Positions 28,931 to 38,983 of a DNA stretch of 64,000 nt are shown piece after piece. Source of the DNA: an uncultured Gemmatimonadales bacterium (lineage in GTDB: Bacteria; Gemmatimonadota; Gemmatimonadetes; Gemmatimonadales; Gemmatimonadaceae); contig CAVPQB010000002.1 of assembly GCA_963707505.1 (NCBI GenBank), positions 64,001 to 128,000 on the forward strand, given 5' to 3'. The notes below the pieces were generated by a model that saw nothing but the letters and a program-made list of their open reading frames with translations, made no database searches and was not told the DNA's origin. Position 1 is the stretch's first letter, and every line of letters starts with the position of its first letter. The translations under genes and the position numbers were made by a program.

Positions 28931-31369
28931 ATGCACGGGTGGATAAATGATACGCGGTATGCACTCCGGCGGATGCGGCGACATGGCGGTCTCATACTGA
29001 TCGCGACGGGAACGCTCGCGATTGGTATCGGGACAATTATTGCGCTTATGTCCATTGCACGACCGGTGATACTAGCACCACTACCCTTTCCTGATGGGAA
29101 CGCGCTAGTCGCGGTGAAGCAGAACAATCCGATGCTGGGAGGCATTAACTCTTTCTCGACGGGGAATTATTTGGCGCTCGTACGATCGACACATTCGCTT
29201 TCATCTGTCGGCGCATACACGCCGATCGATCGTACATTGACCGGGCAGGGAGCGCCTCGCGTGTTGCACGGTGCACGCGTAACGCCTTCTTTCATCGGGG
29301 TGCTCGGAGTGCAGCCGGTATCGGGTTCCACTTTCTCCCTCACGGATAGTATTCCAGGTGATCCGAGAGGTATGATCGTTGGCGACAACCCTACCGTTTT
29401 GCTCAGCTACGCAACATGGACCCAGGTATTTGGGCGCGGAGATGTAGTCGGTAGCAGCATTGCGCTTGATGGTAAGCCGTATCGAGTTGTAGGAGTAATG
29501 CCTGCCGGGTTTGCAATACCCGATCACGCTGACTTCTGGGTGCCGATGGTATTCGGAGCAATAGCGCCGGTAGATTGGGGAACGTTTTCCCTAGGCGTTG
29601 TTGGCCGACTTGCCGCTGGGAGTTCCCAAGCAGCTGCACAAACCGAGCTGAACACTATCGCTACGCATCTCCACGATCGTGGTGGTCGGATCAATCACGA
29701 CCTCACATTTCCTCTTACATCACTGAAAGAGAGCCTGCTCGGTGATTACGGCGTAGCTGTGATCGCGCTGTTATGTGTGTCCATTGCAATGCTCGTGTTG
29801 ATTTGCGCAAACTTAGGAACCATGCTGTTGGCTCAGGGGATTGAGCGGACAGGTGAGTTGGCGGTCCGTTCCGCGCTCGGAAGTCCTCGATGGCAGGTAA
29901 TGCGTCCTTTAATGCTAGAAAGTATGAGTCTAGCGATCGTGGGCGCTTTCGCTGGTTGTGCACTAGCGCCGGTAATTATTGCGGGTTTAGTCGCAGTAGC
30001 CCCTTCGGGAATTCTGACGGTTTGGAATATTCATACAGACATAACAGCAGTTGGCATCGGTGTTGGTGCAGCGATTATTAGCGGATTGCTCTTTGGCGTT
30101 GGGCCTGCTTTTCACCTTGCCAGAATGGCAGAAAACCCCCGTACGTTAATGCACGGCCGAGCAGTGGTAGGCAACCGAGTGCAGCGGCGGTTCCAAGGCC
30201 CACTCGTCGCATTGCAGCTGGCAATCGCGGTGGTTCTTGTCACTGGGACCTTTGGCCTCGGCAAAGTCTACCACCAATTGGTGACGCGCCCAATCGGCGT
30301 CGACCCGCAAGGCGTGGTCACCGCGGACCTGACCTTGCCTGGCGACCGATACTCTACGCCGCAAGCGGTAACCACCTTTGCTGCGACCGCTGCGCGCCAG
30401 TTTTCACACACAGGCGAGGTCAGTGATGTTGCCGTCGCCTTGAGGTTGCCTGTGCTTGATTCTGGAGGAGGGGTCTGGGCACACGTTGGCTCTAGTAGGC
30501 CAAAGGAGAACGACGGTTCGCCCGAAGTAACCTTCAATGTCATTACCGCTGACTATTTCCGCGTGCTGAATGTACCAATTCAACGCGGTCAGGCCTTCCA
30601 AGCAGACGCCGGAAATGAACCGAGCGTAGTGGTGAGTGAAAGTTTCGCTCGCTCGTTCTTCGGAACGTCCGACCCGATTGGTCAGTACGTGACACTAACA
30701 CCTTGGCCGACTACTCCACGCCGGGTTATAGGGGTTGCGGGCGATGTGTTACAAGGAGGAATGCGAGGGGCGACTCAACCGGCAGTATACGTAACATACG
30801 ATCAGGTGAAGAACTTTCCCCTTCCAACTATGCACCTGCTCGTTAAAGGGCGTAACAACAAAGCCGTGTCCCTCTCTCTAGTTCAGCAGCAACTCTTGCA
30901 GATAGATCCATTGCTTGCATTTGGAGTAATCGCGCCGCTCACTGCGCGTGTGCAAGCGTTGTCGCGTGACAACCTGGTCACATTGTGGCTTGTTGGAATG
31001 TTTGGGCTTTTAGGGCTCGCGCTCGCGAGCGCAGGCACCTATGCCGTTACATCGCTCAACATAGCCCAACAAACCCGGGAGATAGGAATTCGCGGGGCGC
31101 TAGGTGCCTCGCCGCGACAACTTTGGCATCTGTTGCTCGCGCGCGTGAGTCGGCGCGCCTTCATTGGAATTGGCTGCGGCGTGATAGCAACGTTTGTGTT
31201 ATACGTGACAACACCTCGCTGGATACCACTCGGGGGACGAGACCTGCTTTATGTCCTTGCGCCGACCACAATAGTATTGATTGGTACTTCGTTCGCCGCT
31301 ATCGCGATTCCGTTGTGGCGCGCCACGCAAGCGGAGCCGGCGGAAGCTCTGCGGCGCAGTGATGGATAG
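28931..31369 (+). CDS. ADOP-type duplicated MacB/FtsX permease
   Basis: DTRYALR, LAIGIG, LICANL, ELAVRSALGS, TREIGIRGALGA, P.EALR. Two MacB_PCD/FtsX repeats. Confidence 0.88.
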   Translation: MHGWINDTRYALRRMRRHGGLILIATGTLAIGIGTIIALMSIARPVILAPLPFPDGNALVAVKQNNPMLGGINSFSTGNYLALVRSTHSLSSVGAYTPIDRTLTGQGAPRVLHGARVTPSFIGVLGVQPVSGSTFSLTDSIPGDPRGMIVGDNPTVLLSYATWTQVFGRGDVVGSSIALDGKPYRVVGVMPAGFAIPDHADFWVPMVFGAIAPVDWGTFSLGVVGRLAAGSSQAAAQTELNTIATHLHDRGGRINHDLTFPLTSLKESLLGDYGVAVIALLCVSIAMLVLICANLGTMLLAQGIERTGELAVRSALGSPRWQVMRPLMLESMSLAIVGAFAGCALAPVIIAGLVAVAPSGILTVWNIHTDITAVGIGVGAAIISGLLFGVGPAFHLARMAENPRTLMHGRAVVGNRVQRRFQGPLVALQLAIAVVLVTGTFGLGKVYHQLVTRPIGVDPQGVVTADLTLPGDRYSTPQAVTTFAATAARQFSHTGEVSDVAVALRLPVLDSGGGVWAHVGSSRPKENDGSPEVTFNVITADYFRVLNVPIQRGQAFQADAGNEPSVVVSESFARSFFGTSDPIGQYVTLTPWPTTPRRVIGVAGDVLQGGMRGATQPAVYVTYDQVKNFPLPTMHLLVKGRNNKAVSLSLVQQQLLQIDPLLAFGVIAPLTARVQALSRDNLVTLWLVGMFGLLGLALASAGTYAVTSLNIAQQTREIGIRGALGASPRQLWHLLLARVSRRAFIGIGCGVIATFVLYVTTPRWIPLGGRDLLYVLAPTTIVLIGTSFAAIAIPLWRATQAEPAEALRRSDG

Positions 31370-31485
31370 CTGTATAGCAAGGCAATCAAATGTCATCGCC
31401 GGTTTCCGCTAACCCCTGGAGCGTCGAAATGCTATACCGCTTGGGATCAACGTGGTGCGGCAGTGTTACGAATACCCCAGGAGTT

Positions 31486-33933
31486 ATGTCTTTGGCAGTT
31501 AGACAGCTGAGTGCATTCGTTTGTACAATTCTCTTATGGCACGCATCTGTTACCGCCGCCCAAAGCGGCCCGCGATCGCTGACTCAAGCAACGGCTGAAT
31601 TCCCGTCTATAACGCAAATAGGAATCTGGCCCGATCGTTGGGATGATAGCGACGGTCTTGTGTACAGTGATAAGACCGCTGGCACAGACGAGTGGCGCTC
31701 TCTATGTATTCGCGATGGATCGTCGGTGCCACTTCTTGGACCTCGTAAATGCAACGCAAGCCCGATGTTATTCACCCACACTGATTTCGCATTCGGACCC
31801 GTGGTAGACGCCCATCAGAAAGAGTGCAAGATATGCCGATTCGACGCGTGGTACCTTGATTTCGCGAGCGACACGTCTATCGCTGTAAGACAGTCTTCCA
31901 GCTTATTTATTGTTAATCGCAGAACCGGCCGAGTCTTAGCCCGTGAACACATTCAGCCACACACCTGGTCGGCTCAAGACGCAGAGCATGGAGTAGCGGG
32001 ACCACGTTTCTCTGGGAATTACTCCAACGTCGCATTCGTTCGTGGATTCAACATCTATGTGCGGACAGTCGGGTCTGGTGGTGCGTATCGTGTAACTGCT
32101 GATGGACATGAGATGCGGCGACACGGACTGTCAGATTGGATCTACACGGAGGAATTTGGTCAGGGTGAAGGGTTATGGTGGTCACCTAACGCACGATACC
32201 TTGCGTTTGTCACTTTGGACGAGAGTCGAGTGCGACGAGTGAATGTGACGCGTCGCTTCGAAAAGGGTGAGCTCGATTCGTATCGCTACGCGTTACCAGG
32301 GGAGCCGATCGCGCGACCATCGCTGAGCGTCGTAAATCTTCGCACTCATCACGTAGCGAGACTATGGTCGGCACCCGCGCAAGACGGATACATCCTAGCG
32401 CCCACCTGGACAGGCGCACATGGTGAGATCGCCTTTGAGTGGCTGACCAGGGACCAACGTAGCATTTCGTTGATTTCGATCAATGCTAGCACCGGTCGGG
32501 TGCGACAACTGGCTCATGAATCCGATCGATCGTACTTGGAGGCGCGGATCCGGCCAGTATTCTTCGGGAAAGGTCGCTTCTTTTTGTGGCCATCCGAGCG
32601 CTCCGGTGTCATGGCTCTCTACCTATACGACAGACAAAACGACAGTTACCGGCTTGTCAGTGGCACAAGTCGAAGCCCAGTGACAAGTATCGATGGAGTG
32701 GACGAAACCGGTTGGGTGTATTTCACCGCAGCTACGAACGACGGTCTTGAACGACAGAGTTTTCGCACATCAATTACGGGTGGGGAGCCGACCAAACTGA
32801 CGTTGGAAAAAGGTACTCACCGAGTCGTGCTAAGTCCATCGCGGCACTTCTTCTTGGACTACTGGTCGTCGAAAGAGCAGCCGCTAACTGTTAGTGTGCG
32901 CGCCGTTGACGGTAATTGGTTTCGTTTGCTTGGCGTAACGGATATCCATCAAAGCCGACCGTCGCGTGCGGCTACCACAGTTCTAGAGACTGTGATAGCT
33001 GCGGATGGCTACACCAGACTGAATGCGCAGGTGCTCTTCCCAGCGGATTTCGACACTGCCAGACGCTATCCGCTGGTACTCTACGTTTATGGTGGTCCGC
33101 ACGCGCAGCTCGTCCGGGACCAGTACGGCACGGATGCCGCAATGGAGCGACTAACTCAAAGCGGATTTGTTGTTTTGGTCGCCGATAACAGAGGGACTGC
33201 GAACCGCGATCGAGCCTTCGGTCGCGCTACATATCTTGGGCTCGGCCAAGTAGATCTAGCGGATCAAATCGCGGCGGTACAACAAGTCCTCCGGCAGTAT
33301 CCGCAACTTGATAAAACGCGCGTCGGTGTATATGGCGGATCTTTTGGTGGGTACCTATCGATCCTGGCGCTCACTCACGCACCATGTCTATTTGCGGCGG
33401 GCGTTTCGATGTTTCCGGTAACAGATTGGGCTCTCTACGACGCAGCCTACTCTGAACGGTATCTGAAGCAGCCAAAAGACGCTCCACTCGCATACCAGAA
33501 GGGATCGGCTCTTACTTCGATTAATCGACTCTCTGGGCATTTGCTACTCATGTTCGGCAGCGCAGATCCAAACGTCCACGTCATCCATAGCTTGGCTGCA
33601 ATCCGGGTTGCGGCACAAAATAGAAAGGCCATTGATGTCGTTGAATTTCCTGACATGGCGCATGGCACGACACCGGCCGCTATGGATAGCGTGATCACTA
33701 CAGGGATTAATTATCTACGCGGGCATCTACTGCCTTCAGGTATAGCTGTCGAGTTGAAACAAGGGACCGACGGTTCGAGAGGAGCTCCCGCATTCGGAAT
33801 GGCATGCGACGGTACGGCAGGATCAAACACAGAACCTTCTGCCTTTCAAGCGATGGATTTGCTTGGCAAAGTCTCTAACATCGATCGTCAGCGTGCTCTC
33901 GGGCATGCTCCCTATATTCAGGTCACACAATGA
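31486..33933 (+). CDS. S9B dipeptidyl-peptidase IV / prolyl oligopeptidase-like serine peptidase with signal peptide
   Basis: AGGAG RBS. DWIYTEE, WWSP, YVYGGP, nucleophile GGSFGG, Asp in DPNV, His in MAHG. Confidence 0.9.
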   Translation: MSLAVRQLSAFVCTILLWHASVTAAQSGPRSLTQATAEFPSITQIGIWPDRWDDSDGLVYSDKTAGTDEWRSLCIRDGSSVPLLGPRKCNASPMLFTHTDFAFGPVVDAHQKECKICRFDAWYLDFASDTSIAVRQSSSLFIVNRRTGRVLAREHIQPHTWSAQDAEHGVAGPRFSGNYSNVAFVRGFNIYVRTVGSGGAYRVTADGHEMRRHGLSDWIYTEEFGQGEGLWWSPNARYLAFVTLDESRVRRVNVTRRFEKGELDSYRYALPGEPIARPSLSVVNLRTHHVARLWSAPAQDGYILAPTWTGAHGEIAFEWLTRDQRSISLISINASTGRVRQLAHESDRSYLEARIRPVFFGKGRFFLWPSERSGVMALYLYDRQNDSYRLVSGTSRSPVTSIDGVDETGWVYFTAATNDGLERQSFRTSITGGEPTKLTLEKGTHRVVLSPSRHFFLDYWSSKEQPLTVSVRAVDGNWFRLLGVTDIHQSRPSRAATTVLETVIAADGYTRLNAQVLFPADFDTARRYPLVLYVYGGPHAQLVRDQYGTDAAMERLTQSGFVVLVADNRGTANRDRAFGRATYLGLGQVDLADQIAAVQQVLRQYPQLDKTRVGVYGGSFGGYLSILALTHAPCLFAAGVSMFPVTDWALYDAAYSERYLKQPKDAPLAYQKGSALTSINRLSGHLLLMFGSADPNVHVIHSLAAIRVAAQNRKAIDVVEFPDMAHGTTPAAMDSVITTGINYLRGHLLPSGIAVELKQGTDGSRGAPAFGMACDGTAGSNTEPSAFQAMDLLGKVSNIDRQRALGHAPYIQVTQ

Positions 33934-34802
33934 GCGCGGTTATCGGGCTTCTTAGCGACCGCACGTGGGAAGCTTGGTCGAGCGTGATAAGAGGATCCAC
34001 ATCAAGCGAATTATCTATTGCAACATCCTTTGAGCGTGTAGCTTCTCTTGAGGAGATGCTAATGAGAGTGCGTACCCGCCAATCTAGGCTGTTTATCGTG
34101 GATGCGGCGGCCGTTAATCCAATTACCTTACAAGAGTATCACCAGCAAATCGTCAATACCGATGTTCCGTTCGCCGTTTACGTTGGGCAAGCGGGGGAGC
34201 GGCTTGGCGGTATGCTCAGACTTGCGACATGCGATCGCTGTCGGTTCGTGCTTGACCCACCGCACGGGAACGGCTGGATCGACCTAGTAGCGTGGTACCA
34301 CGAAACAGTGAGTACTGAACTTGGCACGCGTCTCCTCGACATCATCGCGCCTATTGTGGAGCAGCTGCCTTATATGATGAAACGAAACATCCAACAGTTG
34401 TTAAAGACTGGTGGGCCCTGGATCGAAGTGCAGCAGCTAGCCTGCGACAGCGCACTCTCAGTCCGTTCTCTGAGTCGGGTGTGCAGTAATGTTGGCCTGG
34501 CGCCGCCTCACGTGATCATTGCTGCAGCTCGACTTCTCCAGGCGTATCGCTTGACTACTACGACAAATTATTCCGTCGCGAGAGTCTCAAGAAGCTGTGG
34601 GTACGACTCGCTTAGAGCAGCGAATCGGCACGCTCGTAGGGTGTGTGGTAAATCATTGACACATCTTCGAACCATGCACGATGACACTCTGGTTTTAACG
34701 CGTCTGGCTGACACGCTTCTGAGAAGTAGCGATGCCGATTACCTACAGGCGCTTGATGGTACTGATGTTTTTAGCCGAGTTATGGTGCCATGTCCTGCAT
34801 AA
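33930..34802 (+). CDS. AraC family regulator (divergent)
   Basis: C-terminal double HTH: VQQLA...SVRSLSR...ARLLQA...SVARVSRSCGY. Confidence 0.7.
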   Translation: MSAVIGLLSDRTWEAWSSVIRGSTSSELSIATSFERVASLEEMLMRVRTRQSRLFIVDAAAVNPITLQEYHQQIVNTDVPFAVYVGQAGERLGGMLRLATCDRCRFVLDPPHGNGWIDLVAWYHETVSTELGTRLLDIIAPIVEQLPYMMKRNIQQLLKTGGPWIEVQQLACDSALSVRSLSRVCSNVGLAPPHVIIAAARLLQAYRLTTTTNYSVARVSRSCGYDSLRAANRHARRVCGKSLTHLRTMHDDTLVLTRLADTLLRSSDADYLQALDGTDVFSRVMVPCPA

Positions 34803-34946
34803 CTCGGAACAGTCATCGCGCCAATCACAATGAGCGTATTACCAGCTCCACAGCAGTGTTTGTTGGCATTATCTGGAACCAAAGTAACATTCGCAGCGAC
34901 ACTCTTATGGGAGCATCGGTGTTCGCAAGAGCGACGGGCAGTCGAG

Positions 34947-35450
34947 CTAATCGGCGTCTTCCTCGTAACGTCGCCTCGCAGCTATTCGAGAGCGTTTGTA
35001 GAACTCGTCATACAAGTCGTATGCTTTTGCACGTGACAATCCGGCCGCCCGGAGTGCAATCGCTGTCGGATCTCGATAAAGCGACAAAACCGCCAAGAGA
35101 AAGTGATCTGGTCCAACGAGGCCGCTACCCAACATTGCAGCCTCTTCGCCCGCGCGGCGTACCAAAGCCTTTAGTTGAACCGTTTCGTGGTGCCATGGAC
35201 GATACCAATGGGGCTGCTCCGGCGCTTCGACTGGCGGCACGCTAGGAATGAACCTGTCCAGTGCGATCCCTGTTGCAGCCCAAAGCATACTCTGTGACGG
35301 AGTCTGACTTGCGATCGCAACCACCACTGCGAGGCTTGCCGGGGCTGAAGAATGTTCCTTCAGCCAAGCGGCAGCGTCATCGATAACGTACTTGCTACTT
35401 CCACTTACTCGCCTTTTGCCCATCAGCATTTGAACCTCCGTAATATGCAT
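34947..35450 (-). CDS. ORF with a Clp N-terminal (ClpN repeat)-like segment, possibly a remnant
   Basis: KALVRRAGEEAAMLGSGLVGPDHFLLAVL...AIALRAAG resembles the Clp_N consensus. Start uncertain. Confidence 0.45.
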   Translation of the reverse strand: MHITEVQMLMGKRRVSGSSKYVIDDAAAWLKEHSSAPASLAVVVAIASQTPSQSMLWAATGIALDRFIPSVPPVEAPEQPHWYRPWHHETVQLKALVRRAGEEAAMLGSGLVGPDHFLLAVLSLYRDPTAIALRAAGLSRAKAYDLYDEFYKRSRIAARRRYEEDAD

Positions 35451-35585
35451 TAAGAGTTCTATGCATGAGACACCTAATTGAATGGTTGGGTTGCCGTTTG
35501 CAAGTACCAGATACTGCCGGTGTCGAAGCAGCCATGTTTAAGGCTACTAATGACAGTACGCACAAGTCAGATCTTTTCTTTCATT

Positions 35586-36245
35586 GACTATGATTTTATC
35601 AATGGACTCGTCGGGGCCGCAGGATACGCACTTTAGCGACCGCCCACCGAGTTCACGCGAAAAATTGTTCGACGAATCGTAGATCTGTTATCCAACTTTG
35701 CGGAGATTTCAAACACCGAGATCGAGTAGCGTACAGCACCGGGAATGTTGGCGCCCCTGACACATGTACTCTATCCGTGTGGCTACTATAACGTTGGATT
35801 AGCACATGGCATTCCCGGGATTATCTGCGTGCTCGCTAATTTCCTGAGCGCTGGCGAAGATGCGACACGTGTCAAGGCACTATTGACTGGCACTGTGAAT
35901 TGGCTACGTGCGCAAGACCAACACGTCCCGAACCCGTCAGGTTTTGCTTGATACGTAACAAACGACTGCCCTCCAACAGGTTCCGCACGTCTTGCGTGGT
36001 GTTATGGCGACCATGGAATTGCTGTTGCACTCCGAATCGCTGGCAATGTCATGGATTGTGTTGACTGGGTTCTCGCCGCGGAAAATATCGAGAGATTCGC
36101 GGTTGTAGCAAATGCGATTCACGAAGATTTCGCTTCGGGGTTTACTGACGCCGCTCTTTGCCATGGAGCTGGCGGGCTGCCACATATATACAACCGGCTC
36201 TACCAAGTTACCGACACTTACCGCAGCCCGCACCGATGTGTTTGA
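35586..36245 (+). pseudogene. LanC-type Zn-dependent cyclase pseudogene
   Basis: One frame with three internal stops: DYDFINGLVG, NVGLAHGIPG, RLAWCYGDHG, DAALCHGAGG. Confidence 0.85.
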
Positions 36246-36431
36246 TTGCGTCGAGCGCTTCTACAATCCGGAGGCACTCAACCCTGGGCTACCTGAGCCC
36301 TATGGACTTCGAGCAGCAAGCACGTGTAGCTTAGCCGTGTGTCCACGGAACCGGCAGCAACTCCACCGCTCGGCTCTATCAACGAACTTTTTGACTCACA
36401 CCACTAGCCTCATCGAAGGCGCGGCGTATTC

Positions 36432-38405
36432 ATGAGCAACGACCCGACTGACAGTAAAGCATTTGACGCCCGCGCGGTACCAGATAGAACTGTATCGATG
36501 GACCAAGACGAGAGTGCGGCATCCCGTGCCGCAGACGCCACGCTCTCAACTTCCGAGCCACCTGCCGTATTAGCGCTCCAAGCGCTTCTTACCGAGCTTG
36601 ACGCCGACCCTAGTCTCACGTCAGAGGAAGATTGCGCGGCAAAGCTCCGTGCGCTGCGCGAGTACTACACGACTGCAGACGTGTCGGCGCCTGATGCATT
36701 CTTCGCGGAGCTCATCGCCTTTTCGGTTCACGCACCGTACCCGGACACACCCTCCCGCTGGGGAACGTACTTTGGCCCTATCATGACGGGCCAGACAGCG
36801 ACCGGAGAGCCGTGGGAATCACCGAGCCGAGCAGATATCACGGACGAAATGCTCTTATACTGGCGTCGGCGTGCGCCTGAGGCACGGAATCCCATTATGC
36901 GTGCGCGGTATGCCGATCTCGTGTGGGAGCTACCACCAGTTCTGAATCATCTGAATGATCGCCAACGTGACGCGGCGTTTGCTCGGGCGGCGATCGATGC
37001 GTACCTCGAAGCTACGTCACCACGCTGGTATGATCACGAAATGGTTGCTAAGCACCGAGTCGAGCGTGCCCTCGCACTTAGCGCGCTTCTTCGTGATCCA
37101 GAACGGATTGTCCGTTCACGCGACGCACTCGTCGACTTGGAGGACTCGATTGCAAGTGACGAGTTTGCCGATCTTTGGGGCGTTAGCTTCGACACACTTG
37201 TTGAGTCTCCCAGCAAACACATTCCCGTCCCCGATGCTCTCCGAGACCGCCTCGTCGATGATCTGGAGCAGCGACTTACGAGATTTGCTAGCGGGCCGCC
37301 AGACCAGTATCACCCGAACGGTCCCGAAGCAGCGGCACTACGCCTAGCGGAGCATTATCGCCGACAGAACCGCCTCGGAGACGTGGAGCGCGTGCTCGTG
37401 GCTTACGAGATTGTCGTTTTGCGGATGGAAGGGACGGCGGCTCCGCTGGTGGCTGCGCACTCGGTTGAGCAGCTTTACAGGACATATGTCAATTTTGGTC
37501 TGCGTGACCGGGCCGACGCTCTGAACGCAATAATACAACGGCTTGGCAAGGCGACTCATGAAGCCATGAGCGAGCACACGGTGTCTGTGGAGATATCTCG
37601 CGAGAAGGTTGACGCCTACTTCGACGAGCTACTTGAGGGAGACCCAGCGGAAGTTCTCGGACGAATCATGGTCCAATTTCTCCCCCGCCGAGCGCAGATC
37701 CAGGCACAAGTTCTTGATCTAGCGAAGAAGACACCTTTTCTGGCGATGCTCGGTCGGAAAATCACCGATGCGAGCGGGCGTACGATTGCAATCATCGGTT
37801 CCGTTGACGAGGATATCAACGGAAATGTTGTGCGCCAAATGGCAGAGAACCTCCGTATTGGCGCTGGCTTCCTCCATGAGGCTTTCCACCGTGGTTTAGA
37901 ACGGACTTCATTTACCCGTGACGACCTGATGGCTGCGGTGTTCGAGTCTGCCGTCATCCGTCAAGATCGGCGCACAATAGTTGAGCGTGGCCTCCGGGCA
38001 GCGCTAGACGGGGATGATCTCATCGCCGCGCACTTGCTCATTCCGCAGGTCGAAGCAGGTCTCCGTGAAGCAGCAGGCCTTACCGGCGTCGCAATCTACA
38101 AAGCACGCCAGGGTGGTGGGCTGCAGCTTCGGGTGCTGGATGATTTGCTCCGCGATCATGGGATGACAGAGGCTCTGGGGGAGGATCTCACATTCTATTT
38201 CCGCGCGTTGTTCACAGACCAGCGCGCATGGAACCTGCGAAACACGGTCGCTCACGGCTTACTTGCCGCCGATGCATTCGGTCCGGTCGCATCTGATAGG
38301 CTCATTCACGCATTCCTAATGTTAGGCGGGGTTCGTGCTGTCGAAGACGGAGGCGACAAGGAGGCTGCTGATGTCGCAACAGACGAATTCGGAGACTCAC
38401 CGTAA
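36432..38405 (+). CDS. DUF4209-like protein with C-terminal HEPN-type RxxxxH motif
   Basis: HLLIPQVEAGLR and WNLRNTVAHGLL. Long helical N-terminus (RARYADLVW). Confidence 0.7.
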   Translation: MSNDPTDSKAFDARAVPDRTVSMDQDESAASRAADATLSTSEPPAVLALQALLTELDADPSLTSEEDCAAKLRALREYYTTADVSAPDAFFAELIAFSVHAPYPDTPSRWGTYFGPIMTGQTATGEPWESPSRADITDEMLLYWRRRAPEARNPIMRARYADLVWELPPVLNHLNDRQRDAAFARAAIDAYLEATSPRWYDHEMVAKHRVERALALSALLRDPERIVRSRDALVDLEDSIASDEFADLWGVSFDTLVESPSKHIPVPDALRDRLVDDLEQRLTRFASGPPDQYHPNGPEAAALRLAEHYRRQNRLGDVERVLVAYEIVVLRMEGTAAPLVAAHSVEQLYRTYVNFGLRDRADALNAIIQRLGKATHEAMSEHTVSVEISREKVDAYFDELLEGDPAEVLGRIMVQFLPRRAQIQAQVLDLAKKTPFLAMLGRKITDASGRTIAIIGSVDEDINGNVVRQMAENLRIGAGFLHEAFHRGLERTSFTRDDLMAAVFESAVIRQDRRTIVERGLRAALDGDDLIAAHLLIPQVEAGLREAAGLTGVAIYKARQGGGLQLRVLDDLLRDHGMTEALGEDLTFYFRALFTDQRAWNLRNTVAHGLLAADAFGPVASDRLIHAFLMLGGVRAVEDGGDKEAADVATDEFGDSP

Positions 38406-38983
38406 ACATTGTGAAGGCGAGCCTCCGCTACTCATGGTTCTGACGATCTCCAATTGCGTACTGCCAGGCCCACAGTCATTACATTTGGCAGTATTCTCAT
38501 CGGAGCACCCACGTTCTCGACTTGCTGTATCGCACGTACGACTGCTTCGCGCACCGTACACAGCTGTCGAGCACGGATACAAACTCCCGTAGCGTCGGGT
38601 TTTTACGTTGCTGCCATCCAGCAGGCGTTTAGCGAGTCACTCCCCTCAAACAGTACAATCCGTCGCGCGCTCCGGAACAAGTCTGTGCCGAACTCGGTCC
38701 GGTTCGAGTTGGAGCGATGCAGGTCGGCAATGACTTGCGGCTGCCCCGGTATCCCTAGGTCGGACGCCTCCGAGCTACACCTTCATCCAAATACGATCAG
38801 AACCCATTTTCACAATTGGCGCGAGTACGAAATGCTGGCATCTGCAATGAGATTGACTGGCGCACGGCGATCCGCACTGCAGGCGGAACGGCGCGCTCCA
38901 GCTTCCAGCAGCGCACCATTGTCAATTGCGACCTGTTCACAGGTGCAGCAACATTCCTAAGGAACAAAAGAAGATAGAGTGCG

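Noticed and set aside
38454..38960. ORF with an HTH-like stretch ASELHLHPNTIR
   Set aside because: The rest of the ORF is not protein-like. At most a decayed regulator fragment, so not called.
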